From Candidatus Entotheonellaceae bacterium (lineage in GTDB: Bacteria; Tectomicrobia; Entotheonellia; Entotheonellales; Entotheonellaceae), in the NCBI GenBank assembly GCA_965238075.1, contig OZ250173.1, positions 384,001 to 448,000 on the forward strand: a stretch of 64,000 nt of DNA, written 5' to 3'. Every line of letters starts with the position of its first letter. Position 1 is the stretch's first letter. Under the pieces are notes generated by a model that worked only from the letters and a program-made list of their open reading frames with translations, was not told the DNA's origin and searched no databases. The translations under genes were made by a program, and so were the position numbers. Shown here piece by piece: positions 8,422-17,001 of this stretch.

Positions 8422-11124
8422 ATGATAGAAATGAACAACAATTCCGAGTTCGTGACCCAGAACGAAGACATCGAAGCCCTCGAAACGCAGGAGTGGCTGG
8501 AATCGCTCGATGACGTGCTGAAAAGCGGCGGTCCGGCGCGCGTCAAAAACCTTCTGCAGCAGCTTCAGATGCACGCCCAACAAGCCGGCGTGTCGCTTCC
8601 CTATTCGGCCACGACGCCGTTCCTTAACACCGTGTCGGTGGAAGACCAGGCGCCATTTCCGGGCAGCCGCGAGATCGAGCGCCGCATCAAAAGTCTGGTG
8701 CGCTGGAACGCCATGGCCATGGTGGTGCGCGCCAATCGCCTCGATCCCGACATCGGCGGCCACATTTCGACCTACGCCTCGGCGGCCACGCTGTACGAAG
8801 TCGCCTTCAACCATTTCATCCGCGGCAACGGCGGCGGCCAGCGCGGCGATCAGGTGTATTTCCAGGGACACGCTTCGCCGGGCATCTACGCGCGCGCCTT
8901 TCTTGAGGGGCGGCTGTCGCAGGAGCAGCTCGAAAACTTCCGCAATGAGCTCAAGCCCGGGGGCGGTCTGGCTTCGTACCCCCACCCGTGGCTGATGCCG
9001 GATTTCTGGGAATTCCCCACCGTCTCCATGGGCCTCGGCCCCATCATGGGCATCTACCAGGCGCGCTTCAACTGTTACCTGGAAGACCGCGACCTGCTGC
9101 AGCCCGACCCGCGTACCAAGGTGTGGGTCTTCCTGGGCGACGGCGAGACCGACGAGCCCGAAGCCCTCGGCTCGATCAGCCTGGCCTACCGCGCCAAGCT
9201 CAACAACTTGATCTTCGTCGTCAATTGCAACCTGCAGCGCCTTGACGGCCCGGTACGCGGTAACGGCAAGATCATCCAGGAACTCGAAGCTGTCTTTCGC
9301 GGCGCCGGCTGGACGGTCATCAAGGTCGTGTGGGGCAGCGGCTGGGACCCCGTATTCGCCCGTGACTACGATGGCCGGCTAGCCAAGCGCCTGGGCGAAA
9401 TCGTCGACGGCGAATATCAGAAATTCTCGGTGTCTGACGGCGCCTACATCCGCGAGCACATCTGCAACGGCGACCCCCATCTGCTAGACCTGCTCAGCCA
9501 TCTTTCCGACGAGCAACTGCGGCGCATGCGGCGCGGCGGGCACGATCCCGAGAAGGTGTACGCGGCGTACAAGGTGGCCATGGAAAACGACGAGGCACCG
9601 ACGGTCATTCTGGCGCAGACGATCAAGGGCTACGGTCTCGGCGAAGGCGGCGAGGGGCGTAACATCACTCACAAGCAAAAGCTGCTCAACGAGGACGAAT
9701 TGCGCGAGTTCCGTGCCCGCTTCGGGATACCCATCTCCGACGACACTCTGGCCGGGGCGCCGTTCTACCGCCCGCCGGTAGAAAGCCCGGAAATCCAGTA
9801 TCTGCACGAGCATCGCCAGCAGCTCGGCGGCTACGTTCCGAACCGGCAGGAGTCCGCCCCGCGCCTGCGCACGCCCGCCGAATCGCTGTTCGAGGAGCTC
9901 TACCACGGTACCGGTAACCGGGCGATTTCGACCACCATGGCGTTCGTACGCTTGCTGTCCAAGCTGCTGCGCGACCGCGATGTCGGCAAGCTGATCGTGC
10001 CCATCGTGCCGGATGAAGCGCGTACTTTCGGCATGGAATCCCTGTTCCGGCAATGCGGCATCTACTCGCACATCGGCCAGCGTTACGAGCCCGTGGACGC
10101 CGACAGCCTGCTTTACTACAAGGAGTCCACCGACGGCCAGCTACTCGAAGAGGGGATCACCGAGGCCGGTTCCATGGCCTCGTTCATCGCCGCCGGCACG
10201 GCCTACGCGACCCACGGTATCAACACGATTCCATTCTTCATTTATTACTCCATGTTCGGTTTCCAGCGCATCGGCGATCTCATCTGGGCGGCGGCCGACA
10301 TGCGCTGCCGCGGCTTTCTGCTCGGCGCCACGGCCGGCCGCACCACCTTGGCGGGTGAGGGCTTACAGCACCAGGACGGCCACAGCCACCTGCTGGCCTA
10401 CCCCATTCCCAACCTGCTGGCCTACGATCCGGCGTTCGCATACGAAGTCGCGGTGATCATCCGCGACGGCATCCGCCGCATGTACGAGGAGCAGGAAAAC
10501 GTCTTCTATTACCTGACTGTGGAGAACCAGAATTACCCGATGCCGCCGATGCCCGACGACCCGGCCATCAAGGAAGGCATTCTCAAGGGCATGTACCGCT
10601 TCAAAACGGCGGAAAACCCGACAGCCCCGCTCAAGGCCCAACTCATGGGCAGCGGCGCCATCATGAACGAAGTGCTGGAGGCTCAGCAGTTGCTCGCCGA
10701 ACGCTATCACGTGGCCGCCGACGTGTGGAGCGTTACCAGCTACAAGGCGCTGCACTGGGAAGGGTTGGAGGTCGACCGCTGGAACATGCTGCATCCGGAC
10801 GAAGCGCCTCGCCAGTCCTATCTCAGCCAGTGCGTCGCTGACGCGCCGGGGGTGTTCGTAGCCGCCTCGGATTACACCAAAACGCTGCCCGATTCGGTGG
10901 CGCGCTGGTTTCCCAAACCGCTCACCGCCCTGGGAACCGACGGCTTCGGACGCAGTGACGGCCGCAAGGCGCTGCGCCATTTCTTCGAGGTCGATGCACG
11001 CTGCATTGCCTACGCCACGCTGCACGCCCTGGCGCTTGACGGACAGCTATCCGTTCAGACCGTACAACAGGCCCGGCATGACCTCGACATTGACGCCGAG
11101 AAGATCAACCCGATGATGGCCTGA
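8422..11124 (+). CDS. aceE: Pyruvate dehydrogenase E1 (homodimeric AceE type); start may be ATG 8431
   Basis: ETQEWLESL, GGHISTYAS, FQGHASPG, TVSMGLG, GDGETDEPE, NCNLQRLDGPV, GEGLQHQD, GTDGFGRS. Confidence 0.97.
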   Translation: MIEMNNNSEFVTQNEDIEALETQEWLESLDDVLKSGGPARVKNLLQQLQMHAQQAGVSLPYSATTPFLNTVSVEDQAPFPGSREIERRIKSLVRWNAMAMVVRANRLDPDIGGHISTYASAATLYEVAFNHFIRGNGGGQRGDQVYFQGHASPGIYARAFLEGRLSQEQLENFRNELKPGGGLASYPHPWLMPDFWEFPTVSMGLGPIMGIYQARFNCYLEDRDLLQPDPRTKVWVFLGDGETDEPEALGSISLAYRAKLNNLIFVVNCNLQRLDGPVRGNGKIIQELEAVFRGAGWTVIKVVWGSGWDPVFARDYDGRLAKRLGEIVDGEYQKFSVSDGAYIREHICNGDPHLLDLLSHLSDEQLRRMRRGGHDPEKVYAAYKVAMENDEAPTVILAQTIKGYGLGEGGEGRNITHKQKLLNEDELREFRARFGIPISDDTLAGAPFYRPPVESPEIQYLHEHRQQLGGYVPNRQESAPRLRTPAESLFEELYHGTGNRAISTTMAFVRLLSKLLRDRDVGKLIVPIVPDEARTFGMESLFRQCGIYSHIGQRYEPVDADSLLYYKESTDGQLLEEGITEAGSMASFIAAGTAYATHGINTIPFFIYYSMFGFQRIGDLIWAAADMRCRGFLLGATAGRTTLAGEGLQHQDGHSHLLAYPIPNLLAYDPAFAYEVAVIIRDGIRRMYEEQENVFYYLTVENQNYPMPPMPDDPAIKEGILKGMYRFKTAENPTAPLKAQLMGSGAIMNEVLEAQQLLAERYHVAADVWSVTSYKALHWEGLEVDRWNMLHPDEAPRQSYLSQCVADAPGVFVAASDYTKTLPDSVARWFPKPLTALGTDGFGRSDGRKALRHFFEVDARCIAYATLHALALDGQLSVQTVQQARHDLDIDAEKINPMMA

Positions 11125-11188
11125 TTCCCGCCCATCGACCCGTACGTACCGGTAAATCCTGACCACAGCGGCAGGGAGATAGCGCGGC

Positions 11189-12481
11189 ATGGCAACGTTT
11201 GCGTTTGCTCTTCCCGAACTCGGCGAGAGTATCGAGTCGGGTGACGTCGTACAAGTATTGGTCGCGGTGGGGGACCGGATCGCCGCCGAACAATCGGTGC
11301 TGGAACTCGAGACCGACAAGGCAATGGTTGAGGTGCCGTCGCCTGTCGGCGGCTCGGTGACAGCGATTCACGTGGCGCCGGGAGACAAAGCGGCGGTCGG
11401 GCAGTTGATTGTGACCCTGGAGACTGATGGGGCGACGGCGACGAAGAACGCCCCCTCTCCAAGCGAGCCACCGACAAAAACGGAGCCGGAGCCCCCTGCG
11501 CCGCCCGCACCAGTCGAAGCCCCCGTTGCCGACACTGCAAGTCCACCGGCAGCCGCAGCGCAGACGGCCCGCTCCGGTGCACCGGCAGCGCCTTCGGTAC
11601 GGCGGCTGGCACGTGAAATCGGCGTCGATATCCATGAGATCCCCGGCTCAGGACCCGGCGGGCGCGTGTCTACCGATGACGTCAAACGTTACGCTCGGAG
11701 GCGCCAGTCTCAAGAACCCGTTACGGCCCCAGCGGCAGCCGTCCCGGCTGCCCTGCCCTTGCCGGATTTCCGTCGCTGGGGTGTTGTCGAGCGGCGACCA
11801 ATGAGCAACGTGCGCCGCCTCACCGCCGACCAAATGGCGCGCACGTGGGCCACTGTGCCGCAAGTCACGCAATACGATCAGGCCGACATCACCGAGCTTG
11901 AGCAGTTACGGCAGAAATTTGCCCCCAAAGCCGTTGCGGCGGGCGGCAAGCTCACCATCACCGCCATCGCGCTGAAAGTGGTCGCCGCCGCCCTCAAAAC
12001 ATTCCCGCAGTTCAACGCCAGCGTCGACATGGCGACCCATGAAGTCATCTACAAGCAGTACTATCACGTCGGCGTGGCGGTGGACACCGACCGCGGCCTG
12101 TTGGTCCCCGTGATCCGCGACGTGGACAGCAAGAACATCATCGCCCTCGCCGTTGAGTTGACCGAACTCGCTGAGCGTGCCCGCAGCCGCAAAACCAGCC
12201 TGGAGGAAATGCAGGGCGGCACCTTTACCATCACCAACCTGGGCGGCATCGGCGGCACGGGCTTCTCGCCCATCCTCAACGCCCCGGAAGTGGCCATCCT
12301 CGGCATGGCGCGCAGCCGCATCGAGCCCGTGCACGAGGACGGCCAATTCGTGCCGCGTTTGATGCTGCCGCTCAGCCTGTCGTACGACCACCGGTTGATC
12401 GACGGCGCCGATGGCGCCCGTTTTCTCCGCTGGGTGGTGGAAGCCTTGTCACAGCCCTTCCTGCTCAGCCTGGAAGGTTGA
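11189..12481 (+). CDS. aceF: Dihydrolipoamide acetyltransferase E2 (single lipoyl domain)
   Basis: ETDKA lipoyl site, PSVRRLARE subunit-binding domain, DHRLIDG catalytic motif. Confidence 0.96.
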   Translation: MATFAFALPELGESIESGDVVQVLVAVGDRIAAEQSVLELETDKAMVEVPSPVGGSVTAIHVAPGDKAAVGQLIVTLETDGATATKNAPSPSEPPTKTEPEPPAPPAPVEAPVADTASPPAAAAQTARSGAPAAPSVRRLAREIGVDIHEIPGSGPGGRVSTDDVKRYARRRQSQEPVTAPAAAVPAALPLPDFRRWGVVERRPMSNVRRLTADQMARTWATVPQVTQYDQADITELEQLRQKFAPKAVAAGGKLTITAIALKVVAAALKTFPQFNASVDMATHEVIYKQYYHVGVAVDTDRGLLVPVIRDVDSKNIIALAVELTELAERARSRKTSLEEMQGGTFTITNLGGIGGTGFSPILNAPEVAILGMARSRIEPVHEDGQFVPRLMLPLSLSYDHRLIDGADGARFLRWVVEALSQPFLLSLEG

Positions 12482-12484
12482 GAC

Positions 12485-13915
12485 GTGGCGACGGTGCCGC
12501 GCAGCACACAGGTCGCGGTCATCGGCGGCGGTCCCGGCGGCTACGCCGCGGCCTTCCAGGCCGCTGACCTCGGCCTGCAAGTCACCCTCATCGACGCCGA
12601 ACCCAATCCCGGCGGCGTCTGTCTCTACCGAGGATGTATTCCCTCCAAAGCCCTACTGCACGTCGCCAAGGTGATCGGCGAGGCGCGCCAAGCCAGCGAC
12701 TGGGGCGTGTCCTTCAGCGACCCACAGATCGACGTCGATGCCTTGCGGAACTGGAAGGAAGGCGTCGTCGGCAAACTCACCGGCGGCCTCGGCGACCTGT
12801 GCCAACGCCGCCGTGTTGCCTTCGTACAGGGACACGCCGCCTTTCGCGATGCGAATGCTCTCGTTGTGCGCACGGAATCGGGAACGGAAGAGCTGGTAGC
12901 CTTCGAGCACGCCATTGTGGCCACCGGCTCTCGCCCCGCTGCTCTGCCGAACCTTGACGTCGATTCGCCCCGCATACTCGATTCAACCGCGGCGTTGGCT
13001 CTGCCCGACATCCCGCAAAGCCTGTTGGTCATCGGCGGCGGCTACATCGGTCTCGAATTGGGCTCAGTGTACGCCGCCCTCGGCACTCGGGTCTCTGTCG
13101 TAGAAATGACCTCGGGCCTGCTTCCCGGCGTCGACCGCGACCTCGTACGCGTACTCAGCCAGCGCCTGCAGCAACGGTTCGCGGCAGTCATGCTCGACAC
13201 CACCGTCACGGCGTTACGGGAAGAATCGGACGCTATCCACGTCACTCTCGAAGGCACCGGCGCCACAGAACCGGAGCAGGTATATGAAAAGATTCTGGTT
13301 GCGGTAGGTCGCCGTCCCCAGACCGACGGTTTGGGTCTGGGGAACACCCGCATCGCGCTGGATGCGCGGGGCTTCGTGCAGGTCGACCCGCAGCGCCGTA
13401 CCCACGAACACACTACCTTTGCCATTGGCGACATCACTGGAGAACCCATGCTGGCCCACAAGGCGGCTCACGAGGGCCGCGTTGCCGCAGAGGCTATCGC
13501 CGGCAAGAAAACGGCGTTCGAGCCGCAAGCCATTCCCGCCGTCGTGTTTACCGACCCCGAAATCGCCTGGTGCGGGCTCACTGAATTGCAGGCCAAACAG
13601 CAACAGCGACAGGTCACCATCACCCGCTTTCCCTGGGCCGCCTCGGGCCGCGCCCTGACGCTTGGCCACGGCGAGGGCGTCACCAAACTCATCATCGATC
13701 CCGAAACCCAACGCGTCCTCGGTGTCGGCATCGCCGGCAGCGGCGCCGGGGAAATGATCGCTGAGGGCGTACTGGCTGTCGAAATGGCTGCCCTGGCTTC
13801 CGACCTGTCGCTCAGCATTCATCCCCACCCCACCCTCTCCGAAACCCTCATGGAAGCTGCGGATGTCTTCTTCGGTCAGAGCACCCATGTGTACCGTCCG
13901 CCCAGGGCAAGGTAG
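12485..13915 (+). CDS. lpdA: Dihydrolipoamide dehydrogenase E3
   Basis: GGGPGGY, GGVCLYRGCIPSK, GGGYIGLE, LAHKA, HPHPTLSE. Confidence 0.97.
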   Translation: MATVPRSTQVAVIGGGPGGYAAAFQAADLGLQVTLIDAEPNPGGVCLYRGCIPSKALLHVAKVIGEARQASDWGVSFSDPQIDVDALRNWKEGVVGKLTGGLGDLCQRRRVAFVQGHAAFRDANALVVRTESGTEELVAFEHAIVATGSRPAALPNLDVDSPRILDSTAALALPDIPQSLLVIGGGYIGLELGSVYAALGTRVSVVEMTSGLLPGVDRDLVRVLSQRLQQRFAAVMLDTTVTALREESDAIHVTLEGTGATEPEQVYEKILVAVGRRPQTDGLGLGNTRIALDARGFVQVDPQRRTHEHTTFAIGDITGEPMLAHKAAHEGRVAAEAIAGKKTAFEPQAIPAVVFTDPEIAWCGLTELQAKQQQRQVTITRFPWAASGRALTLGHGEGVTKLIIDPETQRVLGVGIAGSGAGEMIAEGVLAVEMAALASDLSLSIHPHPTLSETLMEAADVFFGQSTHVYRPPRAR

Positions 13916-13941
13916 CGCCAGTCTTCAACCCGCTGAACTGC

Positions 13942-13970
13942 TTGACGCTAGCCGGCGAAATGACTAGAAT
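13942..13970 (+). promoter_or_regulatory. Sigma70-type promoter for the selenoprotein gene (and possibly tRNA-Phe)
   Basis: TTGACG-N17-TAGAAT. Confidence 0.65.
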
Positions 13971-14021
13971 CGCGTCTTTGCAACCCGACATGGCAACCGA
14001 TTTTTGCTGAGGAGGTCCAAC

Positions 14022-14252
14022 GTGGACATCTCTATTGAATACTGTGGTGAATGAAACTATTTGCCCGATGCTGCAAGTTTGCAGAGCGCGATCAAAGACA
14101 AATTCGACCATGTAGCCACCCTGATCGAGGGTGGTGGCGGCGCCTTTGAAGTCCGGGTGGACGGCAAGCTGGTTTTCTCCAAACTCAAGACCTCCCGATT
14201 CCCCGAAAACGACGAGATTTTCGACGCCATCGCCAGCCTTCAATCCGCTTAG
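14022..14252 (+). CDS. Rdx/SelW-family selenoprotein (CxxU), in-frame TGA read as Sec
   Basis: GGAGG RBS, GTG at 14022, MDISIEYCGE[TGA 14052-14054]NYLPDAASLQ...LIEGGGGAFEVRVDGKLVFSKLKTSRFP. I.YCxxU..Y and G.FEV.VDG..VFSK....RFP are Rdx hallmarks. Confidence 0.92.
14070..14087 (+). promoter_or_regulatory. Putative bacterial SECIS hairpin
   Basis: CTGCA-AGTT-TGCAG stem-loop; loop starts about 21 nt after the TGA and contains GU. Confidence 0.65.
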
Positions 14253-14325
14253 GCGGCGTGTCGTTTCCGGTTTTCCGCCCCCGGCACACCCCACGCCGGG
14301 GCGGTTGCAATGACGTCCATCCCAT

Positions 14326-14398
<73 letters not shown>

Positions 14399-14463
14399 CC
14401 TTCCCGGTAAGACCCATCTGACAGTCGGCAGCCCGACTTTCCACAGGCCTTACACGACAAGAC

Positions 14464-14499
14464 AAAAAAAGGCGCTCGCATTGTGTCTGCGAGCGCCTT
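14464..14499 (-). terminator. Rho-independent terminator of the PQQ dehydrogenase unit
   Basis: Minus strand AAGGCGCTCGCA-GACACAA-TGCGAGCGCC-TTTTTTT. Confidence 0.85.
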
Positions 14500-14528
14500 G
14501 ATTCCCTTCCTTGAGGCCGAACAGCGTT

Positions 14529-16244
14529 TTAACGCGACAGGGCCACGATCAGGTTGCCGTGCTCCAGGTTGTGCTCCTCGTAACCCCAGCCGGGCACGCC
14601 ACCGACAGCCTGCACGACGTACTGCTTGCCGTCCAGCATATAGGTAATCGGCCCCGACTTGGGCGTGGTGCCCAGGTTGACGGCATACAGGATTTCTCCC
14701 GAAGCCGCATCAACGGCCTGAAAATCGGCGTTCTGGCTAGTGTAGAAGACTAGGCCGCCGGCCGTCGACAACATGCCACCGGCGAAACCCCACTTGGTTT
14801 TCTGATCGCGCCAGATCTCGTTGCCGCTCTTGATGTTCAGGGCGAGATTCACCTCGTACGCGTCTTCACGGTCGAAGAGAAACTCGAACGTGGCGCCGAG
14901 ATTCCGCACGTTGCTGATGACCTTGACTTCCTCATAGCCATACATCATGCCGAGGTTTGTTGCCGGCAGAAAGATCATACCGCTGTCCGGGTTGTAGGCT
15001 GCGGGATACATGTTTACCCCGCCGAAAACGCTGGGCCACACCTCCAGCGTCTCGCCGCCCTGCTCCGGCAGCGCGATCTGGTTAAGCGGGCGGCCTTCGA
15101 CGTCGTAGCCCTCCGCCCAATTGATCTTGTCGCTGAACCTTGCCGCCCGCAGGAACTGACCGGTCGCCGCATCCAGATAGTGGATGTAACCGGTCTTGTT
15201 CGGCTGCACGATGGTTTTGCGACCGTCAATGGTGATGATCAAGGGCGTCTGCATGGTGTCGTAGTCCCACGGATCGCCCGGCACCACGGTATAGCGCCAG
15301 GGCACCTTGCCGGTATCCGTGTTGATCGCCACCACGCTGGCGGCGCCCACGTTGTCGTATTTGCCGTTGCCGCGCGGCACGGCGTTGAACGGGTAGGCGT
15401 TCGCCGTGCCCGTATAGTACATGCGCAGGTCCGGGTCCCAGGTGCCAACGATCCACGGGCCGGCGCCGCCGTAGTCGCGGCTGTCACCGGGCCAGGATTC
15501 GTAACCGGGCTCGCCCGGGCCGGGAATCATGTTGGCCTGCCAGAGCACCGCACCGTCGTCGGGACTTATCCCGGCCACGTAGCCGGGCAAGCCGCCCATG
15601 TCCGTGGCGTTCAGGGGTACGATGATTTGACCAGGAATGGCCAGCGGCCCGGCGGTGCCGAAGTAACCGTTGGAATCGTCTGACTTGTCAAACGCCTTGG
15701 GGTAGTGCATGTATTGCTGGACAAACTTCGCCACGCCGGTCTTGTAATGAATGGCGTGCACCTTCGTGTCGTTGGAAAGGAAATAAATGTACTCCCCGGA
15801 GATGGCCAGGTTGCGATGCTTCCCGGTGAAGAAATCGGCAAACTGTCCGCCCCAGTCCTCGGGCAGCTCGTGGACGTACTTCCACAGCCGGCCGCCGGAT
15901 CGAGCGTCGACGGCAAAGACCGTGTTGTCCTGCGCCTGATACACCACCCCGTCATGGTACAGCGGGGTGGCCTGAGCATCGGTTTCGCCGCCGGTGGAGA
16001 AAATCCAGGCGACTCTGAGATCGCCAACATTACTCGGGTTCAACTGGGTCAACAGGCTGTGGCGATGCCCGGCCCAGTTGCCATTGCCATGCAGCCAGGA
16101 CGCCGCCGGCGCGGATGCCAGCATCGAATCCGTGACCCCCGCCTGTGCATCCTCTTCTTGCGCTTGTACCCATCCGGCGCCGCCCACCATGCACAGCGCA
16201 ACGACCATACCTACGCCCACAAGTCGTGTGAAGATACGGTTCAT
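14529..16244 (-). CDS. PQQ-dependent dehydrogenase (methanol/ethanol dehydrogenase-like beta-propeller), paralog 2
   Basis: Signal peptide; RHSLLTQLNPSNV..L.VAW, ATPL, GGAGPW, GTAN, PGDPWDYD, GGMLSTAGGLVF, PITYMLDGKQYV; start at ATG 16244 after AAGGAGG. Confidence 0.92.
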   Translation of the reverse strand: MNRIFTRLVGVGMVVALCMVGGAGWVQAQEEDAQAGVTDSMLASAPAASWLHGNGNWAGHRHSLLTQLNPSNVGDLRVAWIFSTGGETDAQATPLYHDGVVYQAQDNTVFAVDARSGGRLWKYVHELPEDWGGQFADFFTGKHRNLAISGEYIYFLSNDTKVHAIHYKTGVAKFVQQYMHYPKAFDKSDDSNGYFGTAGPLAIPGQIIVPLNATDMGGLPGYVAGISPDDGAVLWQANMIPGPGEPGYESWPGDSRDYGGAGPWIVGTWDPDLRMYYTGTANAYPFNAVPRGNGKYDNVGAASVVAINTDTGKVPWRYTVVPGDPWDYDTMQTPLIITIDGRKTIVQPNKTGYIHYLDAATGQFLRAARFSDKINWAEGYDVEGRPLNQIALPEQGGETLEVWPSVFGGVNMYPAAYNPDSGMIFLPATNLGMMYGYEEVKVISNVRNLGATFEFLFDREDAYEVNLALNIKSGNEIWRDQKTKWGFAGGMLSTAGGLVFYTSQNADFQAVDAASGEILYAVNLGTTPKSGPITYMLDGKQYVVQAVGGVPGWGYEEHNLEHGNLIVALSR

Positions 16245-16322
16245 AGCTCCCTCCTTATTCGACTCCGGAGATTTAGCGTCTGTCCTACGTTGGTAAAGCA
16301 CACTCTTGGAAGGGACGGGCGC

Positions 16323-16351
16323 ATAGTAGGAAGGGGGATATAACGTGTCAA
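16323..16351 (-). promoter_or_regulatory. Sigma70-type promoter for PQQ dehydrogenase paralog 2
   Basis: Minus strand TTGACA-N17-TACTAT. Confidence 0.7.
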
Positions 16352-16462
16352 CCAAAAACTGACCCGCCGGGGCTGAGGTGCAGCAGGCAAAAGGAATGGT
16401 TCATAGCGGACAATAGGGACAGATGCTGTCGGACGCCCGCCCGGTCACCGGCATTCACCGCG

Positions 16463-16900
16463 TCACCGAGGCCTGGTCTCGGAATCTCCCCAATAAGCGC
16501 CCTCTATTGCCAAAGTTTCGAGAAACGCGCCAATTTGGAATATAAGCTCCTCGGACAACACTTTACCCCAACTGGGCATCTTACCTATTCGGCCGGTTTC
16601 GCGACCATTCTTGACGACGTGGACGTATTGCTCAAAACCTCTTTTGAATACCCGCAAATCAGCGCCGCTTGGACCCCGCTCGGCTGCGCCGTTGGCGCGG
16701 GGGCCGTGACACGGGGCGCACACCGCTATAAACCAGGACCTGCCTTCTTTAATCGCCTTCTCATCTCCGGAAAAAGGATTGGTCGCCGGCACCTCCGACT
16801 CGGCGTGCGCCAAACGTTGCGCTACGAGCACCGCATCGAACGCCAGACAACAACCCACAACCACCATAACTACCGTTGCCACTCGAACTGCACGCCCCAT
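16463..16900 (-). CDS. Periplasmic monoheme cytochrome c (c550/PedF/XoxG-like acceptor)
   Basis: Signal peptide, NPFSGD..AI.EG, CAPCH, distal GKMPSW; lies between the two PQQ enzymes. Confidence 0.88.
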   Translation of the reverse strand: MGRAVRVATVVMVVVGCCLAFDAVLVAQRLAHAESEVPATNPFSGDEKAIKEGRSWFIAVCAPCHGPRANGAAERGPSGADLRVFKRGFEQYVHVVKNGRETGRIGKMPSWGKVLSEELIFQIGAFLETLAIEGAYWGDSETRPR

Positions 16901-17001
16901 CGCCACGCCCTTGTTTTTCTCTCCACAACGAACCAAGGCACGCACGACAAATCGTACGTGCCTTGGCACCCTTACTTTACATCACCATTCCAGAACGACG
17001 T

